Source: Mayamaea pseudoterrestris (taxonomy: Eukaryota). From it: 64,000 nucleotides of DNA. The stretch is from NCBI GenBank assembly GCA_027923505.1, contig BROI01000009.1, forward strand, positions 434,001 through 498,000. The letters run 5' to 3'. Positions 33,851 to 45,486 of the stretch are shown piece by piece (the stretch's first letter is position 1; each line of letters starts with the position of its first letter). The translations under genes were made by a program, and so were the position numbers. The notes below the pieces were generated by a model. That model saw only the letters and a program-made list of their open reading frames with translations, did not search any database and was not told the origin of the DNA.

Positions 33851-35662
33851 ATCAGTAGTAAAGGATAGTAAAAGCTACTTAATAACGCAATATAGCAACG
33901 CATCATTCACCGCTGCTACTCCAGTCGTCCAGTCGTAGCTTCACTGTTAATAATTGGACTACTTTTTAGCCAAAACGAGGCTTGGATCATCCTCCGCCGC
34001 ATGCTTGCACCAGTATTGACTTGGAATATGGCGTATTGGAGGAATCGGCCGACGCTCTCGGTCAGAGCTAATCTTGATAAGGCCCATCAACATGACGCCA
34101 ACGGCAAGGCCTGCCATGGCAGTATTTCCCTTCCAATTGGCAGGGATGTTCCACCATCCTCCTGCAGGGGACCAGACCTGATTAAATGATATCGGAAATA
34201 GTTATTGAGCATGAGCAAGAGCAAGGACGAAAGGGGAAAGATTTTACGAGGCACAGGACGCGAGCAAGCAAGACGTGCTCGTTCCAAACTCCAAGCTGTC
34301 CGAATGCCATTGTACATCGTCCCTTATGTACACGATACTCACCTTTGGTACGTAAAACCAGCCTCCGCCGCCCATACTATTGTCTAAATTAATAACGAAG
34401 CGCAAAGATCGAGTCGTTCCGACGACCGCGATGTATGGCCATGGTGGCGCGATGACGCAAGGGTCTTCAACTATCGGTATGAAAACGAGGACTGTCAATG
34501 ACTTTGGATATTTTCAAAACATATATTCACTATACGACATACAGTACAAAAGGATGAACTGCACGATTGATTTTTGCACTTCACTCACCGACTCGCCAAC
34601 GAACTTGGAAGACTCGTGTCTCGTGTTTGGCTGCTATCGCTTGCTGACTGTTGTTGCTTCCAATCAACAACTGAAAAAGCATCATTATCAGCCACGGAAG
34701 TTGACCCGACCGATGCCTCGTTAAGCATGGGAAGGCGCTGCGTTTCGTAATGTTCAATCTTGTCACTTGCATTCAATCCACTTGTCACGCAAGGACTGCC
34801 AAGTGCCATGGGCATGAGGACGGTCGTGTGATACTGAACAAGAATCTCCTTTGTTGCACGCTGCACTCGAAGTGTAGGACAGTAGGACAGGACCTTCGTT
34901 GTCGAAGATGTGACATGGGGACATAAGAACCAGCCTTGGTTTTCATCCTTCTTGTTAGGTAGTAAATTTAGTTGGCAACATCGTCGATGCAGCTACCAGT
35001 ACTTCTACGAACAAGTTAGCGACCGACTATTATCATATCGCAGGATGTAACGCATCATTTGATTGGATGCGGCAAAACTGTGAATTGTACGTTAGTTTGT
35101 AGAGGGTTCGAAGGGCGCATCGTGCATGCTGACAGTTGACAGAGACAAACAAGTATCAACGACCATTCACCTTCGATATTATTTTTTCTACAGCAACAGA
35201 TCGTGAGCAGCTCGACATTGATACTATAGTTTGAAAAGTCTATATTCAAACTCTTCAACAGTGTCAATCTTCATGCTTTGTTTCGCTCCAGGTTCAGTTG
35301 AGTTGACTGGTTGTATGATTCCCTGCCAAGCACCTTGGCGCATGAGCAATGAAGAGTCGAGCATATTCTAGATAGGCAGTACGAACATTCTTTCTGGTTT
35401 GAAATGCATTTCGTTGGTGCTTTGCTGCCATGACATACGCCAGTCAGTAAGAAAGTTGTGTTTCAGTAGTAATGTACATGCATTACTGTGTTGTAAACTA
35501 TAAGACTCTTTCATGTATATCATACGACACCGAGCAATCTTTTCCCAACCTTTCAATTCTCAAATCATTTCAATTCTCAAATCTCAATGCCTTCCTCCTC
35601 TATTCCAACTACTCGCACCATATTGTGGCATGCGCCGGCAGCTGCGTCATGCGCATCGTCTC

Positions 35663-37444
35663 TTACAGATTCTGGTGTTGATGATAGATAGGCCGCGGCT
35701 GTCTGCTCGTAGCCGCTGCGGGCCTACCATGATTCCCTTGATGAAAGTGTTCTCCGTCAGCATCTATGCCGTGCAAACGTGACCAAATCTTTTCAAAGAA
35801 CAATTTGCGTGATCCGCGACGATTCTTGAGCGTCTGATGCTGCTGCTGCAACATGGCCAGCTCGTCCTTGATAGGCTGTGGACAGCGACGGCACTTCATA
35901 ATGTGGTTGTATATATTGCGATCCGAATTGGCAGACGTCAATGCCGCCAACGAGCCAGGAAAGTATCGACCGAAACCAGCCTTGCCCTTGCAGTGTCGAC
36001 ACTGCATGCCGGGATATCCGATAGGACTATCCTTCACCTTGCTCCGACCTCCCGCTCGGTCCTCCTCGGAAAAGTAACACTGCTCCATCTGGTCAAGCAA
36101 AACGTACAGGTAGTCCTTAACGAGCGACTTGTCTTCGTCATGTACGACTGGTTGACCTGGCAATTGCATAGCCACTGGTTCCAAGTCTACCAATGCCGAC
36201 GCTACCAACAGAGGCGATGCTGGCTGGCCATTTTCATTTCCAAATGGAGCAGAAACATTCCGCGCAGCCTCGTGATCCTCTACCACGAGCAGCGGCACCG
36301 CGCGATGCTCAATATTTTGCCCAGGCGGACGAACAAACCGAATCCCATGGTTCGTATTTGCCAGTCCAATGCGCCTCGCGCTCTCCTCCCAGTACTGCCG
36401 ACGACCACCCGCGCCCGACTTGCTAGTTTTGCACAGCTCAGCCATGCTCAATCGCACCCAATTGGGAATATCTTCGCACACCAACGAATGCCGACGCTGC
36501 CACGTTTCAATTGAGTGATAGATATTCTTAAGCGAGCTCGGAAAGCAGACTGCTCGTTCCCGACGTGGACTTGATGGATGGTGCACATCGAATTCGGCAA
36601 CGTGATGTAGGCCGCTTTCATGTCCAAGGTTGGCTCCTCTTCCGACATGTCCATGATCTTGCTTCGGCGCACAAAAACAGCAGCGAATGCCGACCTGACC
36701 AGGAACGACCCGACTTCCGTGCGAGCGACCAAACTGCGACTCGCTTGCGTCCTTTGGTGTGGCCGTAAAAGCTTCCACGCAGTACCGCCGAATAAAGGAA
36801 TGGAGCGGACTGAGAAAGTCGTCGTCCTCTGGTAAAGACAAGGAGCAGGTTCCTTCATAGTAATATGCGGGCTGCTGCTTATCGTTCCGGTTATCGTCAT
36901 TATTGGCGCTGCTCATGCTTGCGATTGCGTCTTGTTGCGGTTGCTGCTGCATTGTAAAAAGGCTTGTAGTTGCATTCGTGTGACTGTTTGTGGCTGCGTG
37001 TGCCAAGGGAAGCATGCCAACAGGCGACACCAAATCAAGGAGAGCCGTCGTTGCATGAGTGTTTCCGTTATAGCTGGCGTGATGACTGTATGGATATTGC
37101 GAGTATGGATCAAATTTCGATTCATTCTTCCACGATGACTCGTATGGATGTGACGAGGACGCTGCTGCCAAATGTGAAGGAATGCTCAGCAAGGCAGCTG
37201 CAGCATTAAGAACTGTATTGTCTCCTTGCTGCTGCATCGTGGCATGTGGGTCCGTTGTGAAAATGTTAGTTGGTTCAATGTTCACTGCGTCGGCTCCGCT
37301 TGCTTCATCAAGTCCATGCTGCTGCTGCTGCTGCGGCTGCGGCTGCGGATACATTTGCTCTGGCGGTGGTGGCGGCTGCTGCGGATAACAGTCCATTTTA
37401 TACCTAGACGGCAATACCCCTTCTGCTGGAATCAATCGTTCCAT
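35663..37444 (-). CDS. Gln-rich putative regulator with two copies of a diatom-type Cys/His domain
   Basis: ~593-aa ORF with polyQ/P N-terminus. The domain LSLPEDDDFLSPLH...GQVGIRCCFC...VCFPSSL...HSLVC is repeated as EDKSLVKDYLY...GYPGMQCRHC...YFPGSL...HIMKC. Confidence 0.75.
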   Translation of the reverse strand: MERLIPAEGVLPSRYKMDCYPQQPPPPPEQMYPQPQPQQQQQHGLDEASGADAVNIEPTNIFTTDPHATMQQQGDNTVLNAAAALLSIPSHLAAASSSHPYESSWKNESKFDPYSQYPYSHHASYNGNTHATTALLDLVSPVGMLPLAHAATNSHTNATTSLFTMQQQPQQDAIASMSSANNDDNRNDKQQPAYYYEGTCSLSLPEDDDFLSPLHSFIRRYCVEAFTATPKDASESQFGRSHGSRVVPGQVGIRCCFCAPKQDHGHVGRGANLGHESGLHHVAEFDVHHPSSPRRERAVCFPSSLKNIYHSIETWQRRHSLVCEDIPNWVRLSMAELCKTSKSGAGGRRQYWEESARRIGLANTNHGIRFVRPPGQNIEHRAVPLLVVEDHEAARNVSAPFGNENGQPASPLLVASALVDLEPVAMQLPGQPVVHDEDKSLVKDYLYVLLDQMEQCYFSEEDRAGGRSKVKDSPIGYPGMQCRHCKGKAGFGRYFPGSLAALTSANSDRNIYNHIMKCRRCPQPIKDELAMLQQQHQTLKNRRGSRKLFFEKIWSRLHGIDADGEHFHQGNHGRPAAATSRQPRPIYHQHQNL

Positions 37445-39547
37445 ATGCAAACCATGCCTGCAGCATCGGTTTTGTGGTGCTCTCCGATTCTGCGTGTTCG
37501 CTCGTTGGTCGCCCTCTCTCGATGGACGTCTCGTCGAAATCGGAGGAATGTTTCGACGGCGGATTGAGAATTTCCGGTGAACGTTCGTCAGGCTATATTC
37601 AATGACTCATAATTATCATTGCCTTGACGCCAGCCTACGCCAGAGCATAATGATTGAATCCGTCCCCTCAAATCGGGCGTCAGAATCCTATATGGATCAC
37701 TATATCGGCAGTCCAATAAGATGAGAGCCCGACTGTCAACGATACCGCTGACTGAAACAATGATTCACATCGACGTTCCGTCCCCGACGAATCGAAGAAA
37801 CCTTCCTTCACCTGCTTGAACAACGATCGGTAGTCGGCCATGAATACTAGAGCCGTAGTCACAAGGAGAAAGACCAATCGCATTCTCTAGTCGCATGCTA
37901 TCATCGGCGCAAAGGAAGTTTACAATAGGTGAACAAGAGGTGCTTGGTATATGAAGCGCTCAAGGAATACAGAGACATTTTTGCTTGGATAGGAGGTACT
38001 ACGCATTAATACCATGAACAAGCCATCACTCGAACCACCATGGATGGCTGGTGAAATCTACGGTCTATAATGACGCAGCCATTGGCGGCGCAAACGACTT
38101 TTGTTTGTATTGGAACAGCGACAGGAAGCAGTAGTAATGGATTAGCCATCGGGCAGTACCCAAATAACTCGCGAGCAACTCGCGAGGTTAGAAGATTTGA
38201 CACCGACCGCCCTGTCAATCAGCCGCGTGTGTTCGTCCGCCGTGCACACCGTTCAAACGAGCACAACATTCAAACCAGCAGGTCAGTCGACCAGCGGTTA
38301 AAGCCACCGATGGCAGCGAACTTGGAAGACTCAAAAGGAACGGACTTGAGCAATTTATATCGAGCCAATTCGTAGTCGGCGATGCAAGCCCCAGTCAAAC
38401 GACATGATGGCAAGGCACGCGACATCAACCACACAGCCGGTTAGAAATTGGACATGTCCAAGGTTGGTACACGCGTACTCCCTTGCATGAAAGACAACCA
38501 TGTCAATCATTTCCGCGAGATCTGCCAAAAATGATGTATTGTTGGAATAAGAATTATCGACGCTCTCTGTCCCACATACGCGACTCGGCTGAATGCGACA
38601 TGTTTTTTCCTCCAAACAACATACTCAATCGTTTCGCATGTGTTATCATCAGCCACGAGACATTTTGCCGAGTAGTGTAGGTTGCAGCATACTGGTACGG
38701 CCGTGCGATGCGATAGACTGCTGAGATGATCTTCACCGTATCGGTCCGATATCGACGTTGTAAAAGATGTTGCGATTTGCTGTCATCTTTTCCGCGCCAC
38801 AAATGGTGTAGCCAATTATATGAACATGCTGCAGTCGTTCATTATCCTCTCTGTATCGGCCCAAGCAGGCTTGTTTGGTTCCCGCAGTGCTGGTGTGCAT
38901 ATAAAATACTCGTGCCTCGTATTGCACTCGTCGCCTTTCGTGAACACGTTGATCTCGTCGTGTCGGTTGTAGACGGAAATGTCGCGCCAGGCTACCAAGA
39001 GTTATACGTCTACGTTATCCGCAACCACCGCTTCAGTCCCCAACCATGGTGACGCATCACAACAGACGTGCCTTTGATGATGACTTTTGAAGCAGCAGGC
39101 AGCAGCAGGGAAACAACATGAAAGGCTGGAACCGATGCTCCGCCGGTTTATCGCTCGCGATTAACCGCTCTGGTGACAGTGGCATGCTCACTTGTCAGCT
39201 ATGACATGGCTGACTCGCTGGAGGAAAGCAAGTCGTGACATCTTGTAAGTCATAATGATGCTACCGATAGTTTGCACGTTGCACCATCGTTCTGATCGAC
39301 GACGTCTGTCACTCTGCCGACTGACGGAACATGGGCGTTTCCAACGTCAAAAAGAAAGCACAGCACTATTCTCAAAGACCCGAACGGCTCAACTTGCAAC
39401 CAGGAGAATATACAGTATGGTCCATCCACCATCAGCATGTACATGCGATGTGCGATGCGCAAGAATGATCTCGTGCAATTTATAGTCAAAATCGCATCGG
39501 GAATGGATAAAACCCGCTGAGACATGCGTCGACTCGATCGAAGGATC

Positions 39548-39900
39548 TGTTGATCTCTCCGAGCATCAATCCGATTCCCAAGGAAGAACCTCAATTCCGG
39601 CCGGCGCGCACATTACCTAAGAAACAGCGCCGGCATGCCAACCTCTCTATATGTTATATGGCTAATTCCTACAAGCCGTATCTATATCAATCCCGTTGCC
39701 TCCAGTTGGCGAGTCGGCGAGGGATGGATCTTGAGCTCCATCCGAGTCGCATGCGACATCCCCTCCAACAGCTCACAACTTGGCAATCTCGTCTTCTACG
39801 TTGCCTCCATGCCATTGACCTTTCAATACTACAGCATAACCAGCAATCTAATCAATCATTCACTACTAACAATAGAGTACTGCGCAACTTAGCATTAGCA
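39548..39900 (+). repeat. 5' LTR (LTR1)
   Basis: TGTTGATC...ATTAGCA; 8 substitutions relative to LTR2/LTR3 by manual comparison. Confidence 0.95.
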
Positions 39901-40053
39901 GAGATTGCCAAGACCGAACATACCAAGCAAGCGATCCATCCAGGCTCTCCAACACTTGCTCCACCCGGCATTCTCTCGACACCTGCTGTCGAATCGACCA
40001 ACCAAGCAACAAGCTCTGCCTGAGCACCAAGCTTCCATCAAAAAAGCAACACC

Positions 40054-43000
40054 ATGGCCGACTCCAAGCCCCTTTACCCGCATACAAAGTTTTCCCCAAT
40101 GGGAACGACAGGAACCATCACGTATGAGGAGTGTCAAGTCTTCAAGAACCAACTTCGAACCAACCTTTGATCAATCGTATCCGACTTTGGTAACGGCTTG
40201 ATGGGACACAGTCACCATTGCTACACTCAAGCAGAATATGACAACCTCTCACCCGGTGACCCATATGTTGCACAAGACTTCCCCGATAATGACCTTGGCC
40301 TGCCCAACAATGCGCCGGCAGCAGTCATCAAAGAAGCAACTCGCCAGCTTGCCATTCAAGTTGCACGTTTCAACCTAGACCGCAAAGTGGCTTCGTCCAC
40401 CAAGGCCATGATCATGGAATGCATGCAAGAAATGTACTACGAAAGCCTCCGCAACGATGACGACGGCTACTTCGGTGTCACTGTTCTCCAGCTCTACGAA
40501 CACATCATGGTGACATTTGGGCGCGTTACAAAAAAGGTACTCAGCACGAACTTGCTTGAAGCAAATGGCGCTTTCGATTTAATCGCACCAGTGGACAAAT
40601 ACATCAACAAGATGAATGCCTGTCGCCGCGTCGCAACGGCCGGCAACGAGCCTATCCTCGACTCACTAGCCATCCGCCTCACCGAAGCAGCCATAACAGC
40701 AACTGGCCAGTTCACCAACGAACTCAACGCACGCATGAACCGCATGGATGCGGATCTCCCAGAGATGTGGGCACAGTTTTGTGTCTGGCTCCACCGTGTC
40801 GACGAAACACGCCGCAACAACAAGACGGCGGCCAATGCGGGCTTCCATGGCCAAGCAAACCATGTCCAAGAGAAAGTCAAAGCGAGTACTGTCCAAGAGT
40901 TCTCTCCAGAAACATTAGCGGCATGCTTTGCGCTCTTTGCGCAAGCCAACGCGGCGACGGCGCTCAGCAACACAACGAACACGCATAACAATCAAGTTCC
41001 TCGCGTCAAGAAGTATTGCTGGACGCACGGCGGATGCGGGCATACAAGCCAACAGTGCACTCACCAAAAGGAAGGACATCAAGTCGCGGCCACTTGGGCG
41101 AACAAGATGAATGGCAAGGAAGGAAACCTCACCTACCGCAACAACGGCAACCGCTCCACGCAGGAATAGGATGGAGGGACGGCATCAGCTAATAGTTCAA
41201 CTAATAAACAGTGGTTAAATGAACTTGATGTCTCCTCCCCACCTATACACTGTAAAGCAATCGCCGACACCGGATGCACCGGCCATTACATCACATCCAT
41301 GCTCCCGTACTCAAACAAGCAGCCAGCTTCACCAGGAATCACCGTCACAGTCCCCAATGGCACCACCATGCAGTCCACGCACACAGTACTCCTAGATCTA
41401 CCAGGATGCTCGCCCGCTGCACGCCAGGCGCATGTTTTCCCAGACATGGCAATGTCTCTACTCTCCATTGGCGCACTATGCGACGATGGCTGCACCGCAG
41501 AGTTCACAGCAACAACAGTCACAGTCTCCAAAGGCGACCAAATCATACTCGCAGGGACACGAGACAGTGACACAAAACTTTGGTCATGCAACATGAACCA
41601 GCACCTACCGACAAGCACAAACTATGCACTCTCCATGTATCAGCCTCACACAGTCGCTGACCGCGTGGCCTACCTCAGCGCCACCATGGGATCTCCAACA
41701 GTTTCCACCTTGTGCAAAGCGCTGGATAATGGGCATCTCACCACGTTCCCCAGTGTCACCTCCCAGCAAGTACGAGCTCATCCACCGCGATCCACAGCAA
41801 GTGCAAAAGGACACCTTGATCAGACCAGAAAAAATGTTCGCTCTACAAAAAAGCATGTCGCAAATCACGTCATCGACACTGCAGCTGACATTGAAGCCGA
41901 TATGTACCCAACTCAATCAGATCCACCAGCGCAACGCGAGCACCGCATTTGGGCAAGCGTCAAAGAAGCCACCGGAAAAGTGCATTCGGATCTCACAGGG
42001 CGTTTCATGCAAGTCTCCAGCTCAGGAAACACAAGCATGCTAGTCGTCTATGATGAAGACAGCAATGCGATTCTCGTCGAACCTTTGAAGAATAAGACAG
42101 GCGCCAGCATTGTTGCGGCGTACAAAAAGATCCATGAACTACTATGCTCTCGAGGACTCAAGCCACAGCTTTAACGCTTGGACAATGAAGCCTGCAAAGC
42201 ACTCAAGGACTTTATGCGCGAGCAAGACATTGATTTTCAATTGGTTCCTCCATACAATCACCGTCGCAATGCCGCAGAGCGTGCCATTCGCACATGGACA
42301 AACCACTTTGTTGCCATCCTCTGTGGCACCGATCCAAAGTTTCCACTCCGACACTGGGACCGCCTCCTCCCGCAGGCTGTCATCACACTTAATCTGCTTC
42401 GCACATCCAGAATCAATCCAAAACTTTCAGCGTATGCCCAGCTGCATGGTGCTTTTGATTTTAATCGAACACCAATGGCACCACCAGGAACGCGAGTCAT
42501 CATTCATGAGAAAGCAGATAAGCGCCAGTCCCAGTCGCCACACGGAGTTGATGGCTATTACCTTGGACCAGCAATGGAGCACTACCGCTGCTACCGAGTC
42601 TATGCCACTGAAACAGACGCTGAACGTATTGCCGACACTCTCGCTTGGTTTCCATCCCAAGTCGTCATGCCTACACCGTCTACCAACGACATAGTCTCCG
42701 CACTGATCAAGGACCTGCTCCATCTTCTACAAAATCCGCGACCATCCGCCCCTGTGGATCCTATAGTCTCGTCGCACACGGAAGAAATCAAACGCCTAGC
42801 AGCCATCTTTGCCTCCATGAACAACGTCGACGTCCCAGCTGACTTTATCACCCCACTCGGTACGCCCGCGGCGGACTCTCCAAGGGTGCCATCTAACCAG
42901 TCACCAATTGCTGAGCGACCAAGTGTACCCCCCGCCGAATCTCCAAGGGTGTCTGCAACACCGGCTATACCATGCGAGTCTCCAAGGGTGCCACAAGAAG

Positions 43001-45117
43001 AACCAGACACAACAAACGTCTTTGCGCCAATGCCAGCACCAACAAAAAGTGCCATCCATCGCGCGCGACACACAACGCCCAAGCAAGTAACGTTCAACAA
43101 CGCGTTGGTTTCCACAGCATCACGCTCCATCACGTATGCGCACGCTACACGCAATGCAGACCAACGCCGGCGCCGCCAAAAAGCAGCAACAACAAAAGCT
43201 GAACTCAAACAACGCATCGCATCCGCAGAGCGTTTCAATTTTCGCAAATGCAATCCCATTCAGCCCACTGAACGTGCCACTACCCGCTCACAGCATGGCA
43301 TCTACAAACCGTCCAGCAAGCTACAAGCCAATGCCGTCCTCGACGAGCAAACTGGCAAATCCCTCGAATACCGTCACCTCATTCAGGGTGATGAACAGGA
43401 AAAATGGAAGCGCGCCATGGCGATGGAATTAGGACGACTCTCCCAAGGATGCAAGCAGCAGCCCATTGATGGCACTGAAACACTGTTCTTCATCAGCCCC
43501 AAGGACATTCCACGCAACAAACAAGCCACCTACTGTCGCATTGTTGCCAGCATTCGCCCCAACAAAGAGGAAACATACCGCGTTCGCCTCACAGCAGGAG
43601 GAGACAGAATTGATTACCCTGGCCAAAAAAGCACTCCAGGTGCCGACATCCCCACTGTCCGCATCCTCCTCAACAGTGTCGTGTCAACTCCTGGTGCCAC
43701 TTTCCACACAGTTGACATCAGCAACTTCTACCTCGGCACGCCTATGGAAGAATATGAGTACATGAATCTCAACATCAAGGACATCCCACAATGCATCATT
43801 GACGAATATGATCTTACCTCCAAGGCAATCAATGGAAAAGTCACCGCCGAGCTCCGCAAGTCCATCCCAGGTTTGCCCCAAGCCGGTTACCTATCCTACC
43901 TCCGTTTACGCAAGCACCTTCTAGCACATGACTTCATTGAGCAATTGAACACACCAGGCCTCTTTACCCATGCCACACGGCCACTAGCCTTCTGCCTCGT
44001 CGTAGATGATTTTGGAATCAAAACAGTTGGATTGGAACACGTTGAATATCTAACAAGCGTTCTTGAAAAGCAATACAAAATCACCATTGACCTCAAAGGT
44101 GACAAGTTCCTCGGCCTGCAATTAAAATGGGACTATGTCAACCGCACAGTTGAACTCTCCATGCCCAATTACGTGAAGAATGCGCTGAAACGCCTACAAC
44201 ATCCAACACCCGCCACACCACAAGACTCTCCCTATCCATTCACGGAACCTGTCTATGGCACTAAAAAACAAATGGCCACTGAGGATACATCCCCGGCTCT
44301 GTCACCTAAAGGCGTCAAACACTTACAGATTGCCTGCGGCCTCTTCCTTTTCTACGCGCGCGCTGTTGACAACAGAATGCTCAAGCCACTCAACGCGCTT
44401 GCCTCACGGAAACCGACTGAAGACCTCAACCAAGCTCTCAATCAGTTTTTAGACTATGCAGCCAGCCACTCCAATGCCGTCCTGGTATTCAAAGCGAGCG
44501 GCATGTACCTTGTAACCGTCAGCGATGCCTCTTACCTATCTGAAGCCAATGCTCGATCCACATATGCCGGAATCCATTTCCTCTCCAATATGCCCACGGA
44601 TCCCACCAAGCCACCGCAAGCTAATGAGCCACTCCCTGAAGAGAATGGTGCCATCCATACCAGCGCCAAAATCCTCGACGTTGTTGTCTCCTCAGCCGCT
44701 GAAGCCGAACTGGGTGGACTCTTTCACAACGCCAAGGACGCCACTGTCTTCCGCCAAGTCCTCGAAGCCTTGGGACACAAGCAACCGCCTACCCTCATCC
44801 AAGTCGATAACAGTTGTGCGGTTGGCATTGCCAACAATGCCGTCAAGAACAAACGTTCCAAAGCCATGGACATGCGGTACTTTTGGATCAAGGATCGCGT
44901 CGCCCAAGGCCAGTTCATCGTCTACTGGCGCAAAGGCAGTGAAAACGCTGCTGACTACTTCACCAAGCATCATTCGACGGCTCACCATCGCCTCATGAGC
45001 AACAAGTATGTCAAGGACCTCCCAGGTCCTCCCTTGCAAGGGTGTGTTGATCTCTCCGAGCATCAATCCGATTCCCAAGGAAGAACCTCAAGGCCGGCCG
45101 GCGCGCACGTTACCTAA
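40054..45117 (+). pseudogene. gag-pol of copy 1 (single frame; nonsense stops TGA 40168 and TAA 42172; gag/pol UAG at 41167)
   Basis: Gag zinc knuckle CWTHGGCGHTSQQC; protease AIADTGCTGHY; integrase HSDLTGRF...LDNE...HRRNAAERAIRT; RT LVVDDF; RNase H SDASYLSE, AAEAE, QVDN and ADYFTK. The ORF ends inside LTR2. Confidence 0.92.
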
Positions 45118-45397
45118 GTAACAGCGCCGGCATGCCAACCTCTCTATATGTTATATGGCTAATTCCTACAAGCCGTATCTATATCAATCCCGTTGCCTCC
45201 AGTTGGCGAGTCGGCGAGGGATGGATCTCGAGCTCCATCCGAGTCGCATGCGACATCCCCTCCAACAGCTCACAACTTGGCAATCTCGTCTTCTACGTTG
45301 CCTCCATGCCATTGACCTCTCAATACAACAGCATAACCAGCAATCTAAACAATCATTCACTACTAACAATAGAGTACTGCGCAACTTAGCATTAGCA
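45045..45397 (+). repeat. Shared middle LTR (LTR2)
   Basis: 353 bp, apparently identical to LTR3. Joined directly to internal sequence equivalent to 39965, so the PBS-containing 64 bp is missing. Confidence 0.95.
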
Positions 45398-45486
45398 CCG
45401 GCATTCTCTCGACACCTGCTGTCGAATCGACCAACCAAGCAACAAGCTCTGCCTGAGCACCAAGCTTCCATCAAAAAAGCAACACC

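Noticed and set aside
40054..42180. Reassigned stop codons (alternative genetic code) to explain in-frame TGA/TAA
   Set aside because: Intact genes in the window end in TAA, TAG and TGA, and decayed tracts also contain frameshifts. Single C>T changes explain the stops.
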